Part shown: piece by piece, positions 52,643 to 61,888 of the stretch
Position numbering within the stretch: the first letter of the stretch is position 1
How the letters are laid out: the number at the start of each line of letters is the position of its first letter
Assembly (NCBI GenBank): GCA_965263355.1
Contig: CBDHHL010000056.1
Location: forward strand, 1,312,001 to 1,376,000
Reading direction: 5' to 3'
Length of the DNA stretch: 64,000 bases
Source: Leptolyngbyaceae cyanobacterium
Lineage (GTDB): Bacteria; Cyanobacteriota; Cyanobacteriia; Phormidesmidales; Phormidesmidaceae
Translations under genes and position numbers: made by a program
The notes under the pieces: model-generated
What the model was told of the DNA's origin: nothing
Seen by the model: the letters and a program-made list of their open reading frames with translations, nothing else
The model's database searches: none

Positions 52643-52872
52643 CTAAAAGTTGGCGAAAAAATAATAGGGAGCAAAGACTGGTCAGCGTTCTAAGACAATA
52701 CTTAACTTGTTTTGTATGGGGTAAACGTGCTCGTATTGACTTGAAATCTAAAAGGTGCATATGCTCGTCAATTTTACTGGTAAATAAAATGTTTCTGGGT
52801 AGTCTTGAATTTTAAGCAGGGCAACTTTCACCTAAAATATTATTTGAGAACTTTTCCTGTTAACGGTTGGCT

Positions 52873-53934
52873 ATGTCGTATAAACCTGTTTTCTTGTGTG
52901 CTGCCATCATGTCACTTGCGATCTCAAGTTGTAACAATCAGGCTCAGGAGGCCACTACGCCAGATGCTGCAGTTGATTCAGACGCTGTTGTTAATGTCTA
53001 TTCAGCACGTCACTACGATGTAGACGATGATTTATTTGCCAGGTTTACTGAGCAGTCGGGAATTAAGGTCAATATTTTAGAAGGCAATTCAGATGAACTG
53101 ATCGAAAGAATCACGACTGAGGGTGAAAATAGTCCAGCCGATGTCTTTATTACCGTAGATGCAGGGCGACTTTGGCGAGCAGAACAAGAAGGAATTTTCC
53201 AACCAATTTCATCTGCTGTGTTAGATGAAAAAGTACCTGATAATCTACGTCATCCCGATGGTCTATGGTATGGCTTGACCAAGCGGGCGCGAGTCATCAT
53301 CTATAACGTGGATGCAGTCGACCCAGGGGAGCTATCGACCTACGAAGCCCTGGCCGGACCAGAGTGGAAGCACCGCGTGTGCGTTCGGAGTTCTAGCAAT
53401 ATCTACAATCAGTCCCTGTTGGGTTCTTTGATTGAAACCATCGGTTTAGAAGCAACCGAGGCTTGGGCCCAAGGTCTAGTGAACAACTTTGCGCGGGATC
53501 CCGACGGTGGCGATGTCAATCAAATTAAGGCAGTGGCGGCAGGTCAGTGTGATGTGGCAATTGCTAATCATTATTATTGGGCACGTCTGGCTAAGTCCGA
53601 TGAACCAGAGAGTCAAGCTGTGGTGTCAAAGACAGCTGTGTTTTTTCCCAATCAGGAGGACAGGGGTACCCATGTGAATATCAGTGGCTTTGGTATGGTC
53701 GTAGGCGCTGAGCATCGGGAGAGTGCGATCGCATTTCTAGAATTTCTAGTCAGTTCCGAAGCCCAGCAGATATTTGCCAACAGTAATAATGAATACCCTG
53801 TCGTGGAAAACGTTGACATAGATCCGATTGTGGCAGAATTAGGCGATTTCAAAGTGGATGAAGTCAATGTTTCTGCCTACGGTCGTAACAATCCTGAGGT
53901 GGTTAAACTTGTTGACCGAGTGGGTTGGCAGTAA
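52873..53934 (+). CDS. futA: Fe(III) ABC transporter substrate-binding protein (FutA/IdiA)
   Basis: Lipoprotein signal, VNVYSARHY, SPADVFITVDAGRL, RSSSNIYNQSL, ANHYY, GTHVNISG, NNEYP. Confidence 0.92.
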   Translation: MSYKPVFLCAAIMSLAISSCNNQAQEATTPDAAVDSDAVVNVYSARHYDVDDDLFARFTEQSGIKVNILEGNSDELIERITTEGENSPADVFITVDAGRLWRAEQEGIFQPISSAVLDEKVPDNLRHPDGLWYGLTKRARVIIYNVDAVDPGELSTYEALAGPEWKHRVCVRSSSNIYNQSLLGSLIETIGLEATEAWAQGLVNNFARDPDGGDVNQIKAVAAGQCDVAIANHYYWARLAKSDEPESQAVVSKTAVFFPNQEDRGTHVNISGFGMVVGAEHRESAIAFLEFLVSSEAQQIFANSNNEYPVVENVDIDPIVAELGDFKVDEVNVSAYGRNNPEVVKLVDRVGWQ

Positions 53935-53946
53935 GGGGTATAGTAA

Positions 53947-54116
53947 ATGCTGTTTCAAATTCCTGATGTGCTGTCTGTCGAGGAGCTGGGCCACCTCCAG
54001 CAGGCATTGGCCCAGGCTGAGTTTGTCGATGGTAAAACCATAGCTGGCTGGTATGCCAGACAGGTTAAGCACAATCAACAGCTAAAACAGGGCGCTGACC
54101 CAGAGTTAGAAGCAGC
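53947..54116 (+). pseudogene. piuC: 5' fragment of a PiuC/PKHD-type Fe(II)-dependent dioxygenase
   Basis: MLFQIPDVLS...FVDGKTIAGWYARQVKHNQQL is the typical N-terminus; similarity ends after about 55 aa and the HxD catalytic region is absent. Confidence 0.8.
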
Positions 54117-54502
54117 AACACATCCAAGCCACCATGGGTCACCGTAATCTCAATGGCCAGATTAGGAATCTTGCTGCGTGCCCCGACACAATAGGACTCG
54201 TCCGGCTCCTTACGCGCTCCCAATTGCTTTAAGCCAATCGTTGCACTCCCCTTGGCATAGAAGCGAATTTGCTTGAGCCGCATATATGCTTCTAACAATT
54301 GCGACAAAAGCTTCTTTGGCTCCTCATGCGCCTCAGAAAGTGGCACCATAATTTCTAAATATCCATCGAGATAAACCAGTCGAGCCTCCGTCTCTACTAA
54401 GCTTTTATCCAGTGCTTCTAGCACTGACCAGCTGACATTCGACAGAATGGTGTTACCTTTGACTGGAACAGCAGGAACCTCTCAAACTGGACTATTAACC
54501 AT
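54117..54502 (-). pseudogene. Uma2-family endonuclease pseudogene
   Basis: ATG 54502 MVNSPV*, in-frame TGA at 54482-54484, then LSNVSW...RLVYLDGYLEIM...KEPDESYC...PNLAIEI...GGLD; truncated before the usual GVPExW segment. Confidence 0.8.
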
Positions 54503-54988
54503 CGTTACGCCGTTCAATGCGCTACATCTGCCTTCTTATTTTAATGCCCAGGATCTAAATTTGAGAAAACTGGTTGGCGTTGCTCCAGCGGAGCAGCTTT
54601 GCCTTAGTGTTAGCCATGCCCTTTGGGCTAACGCAATCCAACTGTCACACTACCAACCACCCTCAAACCCTCATTCCACCATCCAGCTCTCGACGGCCAG
54701 CAGCTGCCCACTGTCACAGAGAACCATTACCACCGTAGAAAGCCTTATCCCAAGAATCCTTTAGTTAATACGCAATCGATTCCACACACAGTGATCACAG
54801 ACACAAACCAAGAAAACTTGATGCCTGTGTAAGCAGACCATAGGTTTATCCTGGCACGGTGTTAGTATGGTGCCGCCTTAGAATACAGTGAACTCATAGA
54901 CAAAGCACCCTATTGCATAACCTCCTATTTCGAACCCTATATCTAAGTAGACAGAATACTGTATTACTTAACCCTCTATATCTAACTC

Positions 54989-55023
54989 GAATCCCCCATG
55001 AACCTTAGGTTTGTGGGGGATTC
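54989..55023. repeat. Inverted repeat / hairpin
   Basis: GAATCCCCCA...TGGGGGATTC. Confidence 0.6.
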
Positions 55024-55194
55024 TTATATAAACTGGATGTTGGTCAATATCTGGGGTGAGTGAGCAATAGCACACCAAAAGATGACGAAGATCACAAATT
55101 CTGGTTTGGAATGCGCCTGCAGCGGCTTGTTTCCCTAGATAGAGACACAAACAGCTCACCTGTCTTTAATTCCTCTAAACAGCACAGTCCGTGG

Positions 55195-55226
55195 CCCCTG
55201 ATCGCTCTCCGTCAGGGGATTTTTTT
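55195..55226 (+). terminator. Intrinsic terminator with no convincing upstream CDS
   Basis: CCCCTGA-N10-TCAGGGG-A-T7. Confidence 0.65.
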
Positions 55227-55372
55227 GTCTTGTGATACCGGTCACCAATATTACTCAGCCAATCTCAGAAACCCCTTAAGCCACATTCAGTTACCGGTCA
55301 GATAGCGTTCAGCTACCCTCGGCATTCTTGTAATCAATGAGGTCAATCACTGATTCCCAAGGAGCTTTAACT

Positions 55373-55831
55373 ATGAAACGCACACTGCTTTCCGCCTTAA
55401 CCGTTCTCGTTGCTTCCGCTGCTATTGCCCCTATTGCCTCCGCCGTCGAGCCCGCCAGCTTCAATATTCAGTCCGCTCGGCTAGAAGCCCTCGATGCCCG
55501 CACTAAGAACACCGTCCACAAACTACGCATCGAGCACCTCAATAACCAAACCAAGGCCATCGAAGATATCCAAGCTACTCGTCTCGAAGCGCTAGATGCC
55601 CGTACTAAAGCTGTAGACAACATCCAAGCCACTCGTCTAGAAGCCCTAGACGCCCGTACTAAGAACAGTGTTCACAAGCTACGTCTTGAGCACCTTAATA
55701 ACCAGACTAAGGCCGTTGAGAATATTCAATCCGCTCGTTTAGACGCATTAGATGCCCGGACTAAAGCGGTCGATAACATCCAGGAAGCTCGCCTGGATGC
55801 GCTAGATGCTCGGACTAAGTCCGTCCGCTAA
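55373..55831 (+). CDS. Secreted tandem-repeat protein (152 aa, seven TK-ending repeats)
   Basis: AAGGAG RBS, signal peptide MKRTLLSALTVLVASAAIAPIASA, repeats IQxxRL(E/D)ALDARTK and VHKLRxEHLNNQTK with synonymous variation between copies. Confidence 0.85.
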   Translation: MKRTLLSALTVLVASAAIAPIASAVEPASFNIQSARLEALDARTKNTVHKLRIEHLNNQTKAIEDIQATRLEALDARTKAVDNIQATRLEALDARTKNSVHKLRLEHLNNQTKAVENIQSARLDALDARTKAVDNIQEARLDALDARTKSVR

Positions 55832-55961
55832 CAGATTGCTGAGCTGTTGCGGTACTCGGGCTGACAAGCTTGGGTGCCCGGTGCAGACTCCGTAATCTGT
55901 GAAATGCTTCATTACTTATTTCAGGGCACCCTTTTCCTCTCAGATCCTCACACACCAAATG

Positions 55962-55991
55962 AAGCCTCTGCCGATAGGGTGGAGGCTTTTT
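55962..55991 (+). terminator. Intrinsic terminator
   Basis: AAGCCTCTGCC...GGTGGAGGCTT followed by TTT. Confidence 0.7.
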
Positions 55992-55998
55992 GTTGACT

Positions 55999-56844
55999 TT
56001 AGGGTTGCGATCGCACCACTCTTGCTCTTGCTCCCAACGCTTTTTTTACGAGGCTTCTGACGCTAGAATAACCAGCCAGCAGACTTTCAGGAATCAAACT
56101 ATAATATCTAAACCAGTTTTCATTGGTTTTATCGCCTTGTTTTTTAGTCGCTTGGGAAATCTCTATCCCTTCCTCAGGGAGAACAACGCCAGAAAATTCT
56201 ATAACCTGGCGAATGGTGGGGGTAAATTCTCGAACGAAGTCCTCATAAACTACCTCAAAAAAAGGTAGGTTGTTGTTACTAAAAAATGATCGCCAGTTGT
56301 TGTTTCGAGCTTGGAGACCTTGCTTATACCGATAGATATTAAGGGGTTTAAAGAAGAGTTTTTTATCCTTATAAGTGAGTTTCCCGCTAAAGTCTTTTGG
56401 GATCATATAAATCCCGGTTTGATGCCCAATTTCAACAGAAATAGCTTGCTTAGTCAGGTTGTCACGCCGGATAAAAACAAAGCAAGGATTTGGGAAAAAT
56501 AACGTGAGAATTTCTATGTTTGATTTTGACTTTAATGTGGGATCTGTACGCGCTATCTTGGTTAAGAGTTTCATATGATCCCAATGGAGCTTAACACCGA
56601 ATACTCCATTGGATGTTGTCCCTTTTCTGTATACATCAGGAAGATAGTGGTAAAGCTCATCGGCTGATGAATGAACAGAATTTTTAACCAGGATATCAGG
56701 TCGAAAAAACTCATCGCACTGACCAAGACAGTTGAGGCTGCTTAAGGTTTTACCCAGTAAGGTACTGCCCGAGCGGCCAGTGGAACAGACAAGAATACTT
56801 TTAGCTGGCAATAGGTTCGTCGAGATTGTGTCGGAAAATGGCAT
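55999..56844 (-). CDS. Stf0-family sulfotransferase
   Basis: CSTGRSGSTLL, EFF, NGVFGVKLHW, RRDNLTKQAIS, VVYED. Confidence 0.88.
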   Translation of the reverse strand: MPFSDTISTNLLPAKSILVCSTGRSGSTLLGKTLSSLNCLGQCDEFFRPDILVKNSVHSSADELYHYLPDVYRKGTTSNGVFGVKLHWDHMKLLTKIARTDPTLKSKSNIEILTLFFPNPCFVFIRRDNLTKQAISVEIGHQTGIYMIPKDFSGKLTYKDKKLFFKPLNIYRYKQGLQARNNNWRSFFSNNNLPFFEVVYEDFVREFTPTIRQVIEFSGVVLPEEGIEISQATKKQGDKTNENWFRYYSLIPESLLAGYSSVRSLVKKALGARARVVRSQP

Positions 56845-57090
56845 ATGAATAGCTATGTCCTAGATTAGAATGCTACTTCTAAATACTACTCATGTTAAAA
56901 CCCCTACAGGAATATAGCTGTTACCAGCATCAACTTTCCCATAGGAGCTTTTAACTTACTCAACAATAAGGACAAACATATTCAACGTTTACACCTGCTG
57001 GGGGATCTTTTATGCAGCGCTGTGTGTATAGTGCTGGCTATCGTTCACTATCCCCAGGGTTAAAGGATAGTGCTAATGCAACTAAATGCA

Positions 57091-57618
57091 TTAATACGCG
57101 TCCTGAAGCTCGTAAAAGTCTGGTGAAATGTAGTCCTTGCGCATAGGCCAGCCTACCCAATCTTCAGGCATGAGTAAGCGCTTCAAATGTGGATGACCTT
57201 CGTAGACAATGCCATACATGTCATAGCTTTCACGCTCTTGCCAGTCAGCAGCCTTCCAAATCCAGTAGACCGAGGGCACCTTAGGATTTTCCCGTGGTAG
57301 GTAAACCTTGATACGGACCTCCTCAGGACGGTCAGCATTATCGCTTACCTTAAGGAGGTGATAAAAGCTGACCAAGGGTTTACCAGGACCTGCATCATAG
57401 GCCCCCTGACATTGCAGGTAGTTAAACCCATAGGCATAAAGCGCCGTACAAAAAGGAATCAAAAAGGCAGGTTCTACCTTAAGTAACTCCACACCCAAAT
57501 GGTCGCGCTCCATAATTTCATGGGCAAACCCCTGCTGGGTTAACCAGCTTGATACAGGTCCCGCCTCAACTAGCTTGCCTGCCTCTTCTGTCCCAGACTT
57601 AGTTTCGTTATCAGCCAT
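57091..57618 (-). CDS. ndhJ: NDH-1 subunit J
   Basis: [41 protein letters not shown]. Confidence 0.97.
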   Translation of the reverse strand: MADNETKSGTEEAGKLVEAGPVSSWLTQQGFAHEIMERDHLGVELLKVEPAFLIPFCTALYAYGFNYLQCQGAYDAGPGKPLVSFYHLLKVSDNADRPEEVRIKVYLPRENPKVPSVYWIWKAADWQERESYDMYGIVYEGHPHLKRLLMPEDWVGWPMRKDYISPDFYELQDAY

Positions 57619-58357
57619 TAGTCTGCTCCTTCTGCTGAGCTACGGTCTCTGACTCAGGTAAGTTCATGGGCATACCCATAGCCTGCATCAGCTCCTTCGG
57701 AGGGGCCTCACGACTATCAGAACGAATATATTTGCCAGTAAGAATAGGCGCTACGGCTTCCATTTTGTGAGTACAGGTGTAATAGTGGTGGGTTTGTTCT
57801 AACACTCCCCGTTCACGCATAGACTCGTTGGCAATCTTCTTCCGCAACTTAATTACAGCGTCAAAAATTGCTTCAGGTCTTGGTGGGCAGCCAGGAATGT
57901 ACACATCCACTGGAATCAGCTTATCAACACCCCGTACCGCTGACGGTGAATCAACGCTAAACATACCGCCTGTAATAGTACATGCCCCCATCGCGATAAC
58001 GTACTTGGGCTCAGGCATCTGTTCGTAGAGTCGTACTAAAGCCGGAGCCATCTTCATAGTGACGGTGCCAGCAGTAATAATTAGATCGGCCTGACGCGGA
58101 CTGGAACGAGGGGCTAACCCAAATCGGTCAAAGTCAAATCGAGACCCCAATAAGGCCGCAAACTCGATAAAACAACAGGCAGTACCGTAAAGAAGTGGAA
58201 ATAAACTGGATAGCCGGGTCCAGTTGTAAATGTCATCAACGGTAGTCAAAATGACATTCTCTGAAAGATCCTGAGTTACAGCGGGGGGGGCTGCTGGGTT
58301 CATTACCCGCTCATTATCACCGATCAAGGAACTGCCCGATGGGGATTTTATGACCAT
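57611..58357 (-). CDS. ndhK: NDH-1 subunit K
   Basis: [37 protein letters not shown]. Confidence 0.97.
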   Translation of the reverse strand: MVIKSPSGSSLIGDNERVMNPAAPPAVTQDLSENVILTTVDDIYNWTRLSSLFPLLYGTACCFIEFAALLGSRFDFDRFGLAPRSSPRQADLIITAGTVTMKMAPALVRLYEQMPEPKYVIAMGACTITGGMFSVDSPSAVRGVDKLIPVDVYIPGCPPRPEAIFDAVIKLRKKIANESMRERGVLEQTHHYYTCTHKMEAVAPILTGKYIRSDSREAPPKELMQAMGMPMNLPESETVAQQKEQTNG

Positions 58358-58710
58358 TCCAATGCTCCTTTACGCCATGCGTAAACCAGACCGACAAGCA
58401 AAATTGCGATAAAAATCAAGGCTTCTATAAATGCTAGTACACCCAGCTTATGAAAGGCGACCGCCCAGGGATATAGAAAGACGGTTTCCACGTCAAAAAT
58501 TACAAATACCAGGGCGAACATGTAGTAGCGAATATTGAACTGAATCCAGGCACCGCCGATGGGCTCCATTCCAGATTCGTAAGTTGTCCGCCGAACTACA
58601 CCAGTGCCTTTGGCTCCAAGGAGTTTAGCGGCTAGCAGCGCCGATACAGGTACCAGGCTGCAAATAATCAAAAAGAGTAGAAAGTATTCGTATCCAGTTA
58701 GTACAAACAC
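58348..58710 (-). CDS. ndhC: NDH-1 subunit C
   Basis: GTG start; [32 protein letters not shown]. Confidence 0.97.
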   Translation of the reverse strand: MFVLTGYEYFLLFLIICSLVPVSALLAAKLLGAKGTGVVRRTTYESGMEPIGGAWIQFNIRYYMFALVFVIFDVETVFLYPWAVAFHKLGVLAFIEALIFIAILLVGLVYAWRKGALEWS

Positions 58711-58913
58711 GCGTGTTTTGTGATTTCCTGTTAACGGGCTGGCTGCCCCAATAAGCTTACTTCTATTCTAGTCAGCTGTGTAGGCCTATCCCACCGTGAT
58801 GGACAAATCCGACAATAAAAAATCCTAGCTTTATCTATAGAGGTTTCTGAAGTGATCACTGCAACGTCCATAGATATACAGGAGTCGCAGCTTGGTATGT
58901 AATAATTATTTAC

Positions 58914-59321
58914 ATGACGCTACCAGAACTTTCCATGAGTACTGAGCCTGATGCTAATCCAGTGGTGGATATGCCTGAAACCGAAGAGCCGTCTGCACCG
59001 CCCACACCCTATGAAATGGATCGCTACGAGTGTCGTCCTTGTGGCTACATCTATGAACCTGTGAAGGGGGATGGTAAGGCAGATATTCCTCCGGGAGTAC
59101 CCTTTACGGAGCTTCCCATCACCTGGCGCTGCCCAGTCTGTGGTTCACGTTCAAAGCTTTTTGCCAATGTTGGTCCGGCAGGTAAGCCTTCTGGCTTTAG
59201 TGAGAACCTGGGGTACGGTTTTGGTGTTAATACGCTGACACCAGGTCAGAAAAACATTCTGATTTTCGGAGCGTTAGGCATTGCCTTTCTCTTCTTTATG
59301 AGTTTGTACGGTCTCAAGTAA
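58914..59321 (+). CDS. rubA: Rubredoxin RubA
   Basis: CRPCGYIY...WRCPVC and a C-terminal TM helix; upstream of ycf48. Confidence 0.93.
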   Translation: MTLPELSMSTEPDANPVVDMPETEEPSAPPTPYEMDRYECRPCGYIYEPVKGDGKADIPPGVPFTELPITWRCPVCGSRSKLFANVGPAGKPSGFSENLGYGFGVNTLTPGQKNILIFGALGIAFLFFMSLYGLK

Positions 59322-59389
59322 GCTCAACTGAGCAAGTCTACTTGAGTACTGCGCAGTCTGACTTTCATGTTTAAATTTGTTTATTTGTC

Positions 59390-60457
59390 TTGGCCTTAGT
59401 AGAGATGCAAACGGTTTTAGCGGATTTTTTTAATGGGCGAGTAGCCATCGGGCTTAAGCGACTTTTGTTAGTTGCGATCGCAATTCTCACCGTCGGCTGT
59501 ACAAAATTTTTCCTACCATCCTTAGATAGCAATCCATGGCAAACCATTGCTCTGGAGACCGATGCCACGTTTTCCGATGTGGCGTTTACTCAGGATGCTA
59601 ACCATGGTTGGCTGGTCGGTAGCCGGTCTTCGTTATTCGAAACCAATGACGGTGGTAAAACTTGGGAGCAAAAGGTATTAGATCTGGGCGATCAGCGCTA
59701 CACCTTTACCGCCGTTAGTTTTGCAGGTGACGAAGGCTGGGTATCTGGGTTGCCTAGCGTGCTACTACACACCACCGATGGCGGTCAATCTTGGGCCAAT
59801 GTGCCCCTGAGTGCCCAGTTACCCGGCGGGCCTCTAATGGTCACCGCCCTGGGCCAAGGATCCGTTGAAATGGCTACCGATGTGGGCGCTATTTATCGCA
59901 CGGAGGATAGTGGACGCCACTGGTCTGCCCTGGTGCAAGCGGCTGTGGGTGTGGTGCGTAATATGACCCGTAGTGACGACGGTCGCTATGTAGCCGTTTC
60001 CTCCCGGGGAAATTTCTACTCCACCTGGGAACCTGGCCAAGATAGCTGGCAGCCCCACAATCGAGAGAACTCAAAGCGTCTGCAGAATATGGGCTTTACT
60101 AGTGACGGCAATCTATGGCTAATTGCCCGAGGGGGGCAAATGCAGTTTAGTCAGCCCAGTGACTCTCCTGAAGCCGTCAAGTACGAGATCTGGAGTGAGC
60201 CTGTTCGGCCTGAAATTGGCACCAGTTGGGGCTTCTTAGATGTTGGCTATCGTACTAATGCAGAGCTATGGGTAAGTGGCGGTAGCGGCACCCTGCTTAC
60301 AAGTAAGGATGGAGGAGAAACCTGGTTAAAGGATGAAAAAGCTGCGGATGTTCCTTCTAATCTGTATCGAGTCAAATTTTTTAGTGAGGAGCAAGGCTTT
60401 ATCCTTGGCCAACGCGGTTATCTACTCCGCTATATGCCTGGAGATTCAACGGTTTAA
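59390..60457 (+). CDS. ycf48: PSII assembly factor Ycf48
   Basis: BNR repeats (TNDGGKTW, TTDGGQSW), VAVSSRGNFY, RLQNMGF; the start is probably somewhat downstream. Confidence 0.95.
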   Translation: MALVEMQTVLADFFNGRVAIGLKRLLLVAIAILTVGCTKFFLPSLDSNPWQTIALETDATFSDVAFTQDANHGWLVGSRSSLFETNDGGKTWEQKVLDLGDQRYTFTAVSFAGDEGWVSGLPSVLLHTTDGGQSWANVPLSAQLPGGPLMVTALGQGSVEMATDVGAIYRTEDSGRHWSALVQAAVGVVRNMTRSDDGRYVAVSSRGNFYSTWEPGQDSWQPHNRENSKRLQNMGFTSDGNLWLIARGGQMQFSQPSDSPEAVKYEIWSEPVRPEIGTSWGFLDVGYRTNAELWVSGGSGTLLTSKDGGETWLKDEKAADVPSNLYRVKFFSEEQGFILGQRGYLLRYMPGDSTV

Positions 60458-60665
60458 GACCAGTTGCATGTATCCTTGAGTTTACTCAGGAGAGCAAAAA
60501 CATGAAGGAATCCTTAATCGTTGCTTGATAGGGATATCCTCTGTTCTCTATGATGGTATCAAAAGCTTCCCATATCAGAACTGTAGTTTTTAAGTAAGTG
60601 GAGGCTTGCAGTTCTGAACTTTGGATGTGAATTCCGCCTATTCGCTGTTAAAAGGAGATTTTGCA

Positions 60666-60911
60666 ATGGCAGGTAATACTGGCGAACGACCTTTTTCTGA
60701 CATTATTACAAGTATTCGCTACTGGATTATCCACAGCATTACCATTCCCGCGCTATTCATTGCCGGCTGGTTGTTTGTGTCTACGGGGCTTGCCTACGAT
60801 GTGTTTGGTACTCCTCGTCCTAACGAGTACTTTCCCAACAATCAGGTACAGGTACCGATTCTTGAGAACCGCTATGAAGCGGATAAGCAAATTACCCAAT
60901 TTGGTAATTAG
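60666..60911 (+). CDS. psbE: Cytochrome b559 alpha subunit
   Basis: [36 protein letters not shown]. Confidence 0.98.
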   Translation: MAGNTGERPFSDIITSIRYWIIHSITIPALFIAGWLFVSTGLAYDVFGTPRPNEYFPNNQVQVPILENRYEADKQITQFGN

Positions 60912-60949
60912 CGTCCTTGTTGATTGTCAATTGAGATTGGAATTTCCCT

Positions 60950-61084
60950 ATGACCAGCAGTAACCCTAACGAGCCCGTCGTATATCCTATTTTTACGGTA
61001 CGTTGGCTTTCCGTTCATGCCCTTGGCGTTCCCTCGGTCTTTTTCTTGGGTGCCATTGCTGCGATGCAATTTATTCAGCGATAG
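60950..61084 (+). CDS. psbF: Cytochrome b559 beta subunit
   Basis: Hand translated: [44 protein letters not shown]. Confidence 0.97.
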   Translation: MTSSNPNEPVVYPIFTVRWLSVHALGVPSVFFLGAIAAMQFIQR

Positions 61085-61093
61085 GAGATCACC

Positions 61094-61213
61094 GTGGAAA
61101 GAACCCCGAATCCAAATAAGCAACCCGTTGAACTAAACCGGACATCTCTGTTTCTTGGTTTACTTTTAGTTTTTGTTACGGGCCTGTTGTTTTCCAGCTA
61201 TTTCTTTAACTAA
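61094..61213 (+). CDS. psbL: PSII protein L
   Basis: GTG start; [38 protein letters not shown]. Confidence 0.97.
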   Translation: MERTPNPNKQPVELNRTSLFLGLLLVFVTGLLFSSYFFN

Positions 61214-61292
61214 AGCTGACGGGTGTAGGTAGCTAAGTAAGCTGTCTACACTCACTTTTCATGAGATTAGGCAATAAATAGGAGATAAATAC

Positions 61293-61412
61293 ATGTTTAA
61301 AGATGGCCGAATTCCCCTTTGGATTGTGGCAACTGTTGCTGGTACTGGCGTACTTGTAGTAGTAGGTCTATTTTTCTATGGTGCCTATGCTGGTGTTGGT
61401 TCGGGTGTCTAG
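61293..61412 (+). CDS. psbJ: PSII protein J
   Basis: [39 protein letters not shown]. Confidence 0.97.
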   Translation: MFKDGRIPLWIVATVAGTGVLVVVGLFFYGAYAGVGSGV

Positions 61413-61507
61413 CCCTAGTTAACGTTGAACCTGAGCGATTTTCAAAATTGCCAAGTCGTTCTTACACCGTAAAACCTATTGTCAGCTCAGAAAGGTCACA
61501 TAGGCGT

Positions 61508-61547
61508 AGAAAAGCCCCTCACGTTAATTAGCGCGAGGGGCTTTTCT
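61508..61547. terminator. Bidirectional terminator between psbJ and psaI
   Basis: AGAAAAGCCCCTC...GAGGGGCTTTTCT. Confidence 0.85.
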
Positions 61548-61603
61548 GTAAGTCAAATGTTTCTTAGGTAGTCAGGCAAGCCCACAGACGATATATGGAC
61601 AAC

Positions 61604-61714
61604 CTATGCCGATGTTTCTTCCTGCTCTACGTACAAGAACATCGCGATCATAAATACAAAGGCATGAACAACCACAATGGGCACCATAACCTGAGGCAAA
61701 AGGGATGTATCCAT
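61604..61714 (-). CDS. psaI: Photosystem I subunit VIII (PsaI), divergent
   Basis: Hand translated: MDTSLLPQVMVPIVVVHAFVFMIAMFLYVEQEETSA; AGGAG RBS; LP..VP and FLYVE motifs; convergent with psbJ. Confidence 0.75.
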   Translation of the reverse strand: MDTSLLPQVMVPIVVVHAFVFMIAMFLYVEQEETSA

Positions 61715-61888
61715 TATCAAGTCTCCTCTCTCTACAGTGAGCAAATGCTCTGAAGATTTAGCCGTTTTTACATCCAAGACTAGATTTTTCTAAAAAAACA
61801 AACTTTTGGCTTGGATGCGGGTCTAGGACCTAGCCCTTAATTTACTGCGATTTGACGCAGCATATATCAATTGTGTAGAAAGTTTGCA

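Noticed and set aside
54447..54764. 105-aa plus-strand ORF
   Set aside because: Overlaps the Uma2 pseudogene start, crosses short palindromic repeats and has no motif; likely spurious.
55373..55831. Graspetide/microviridin multi-core precursor
   Set aside because: It has a Sec-type signal peptide rather than a RiPP leader, no TxKxPSD or TTxxxxEE-type cores, and no ATP-grasp gene nearby.
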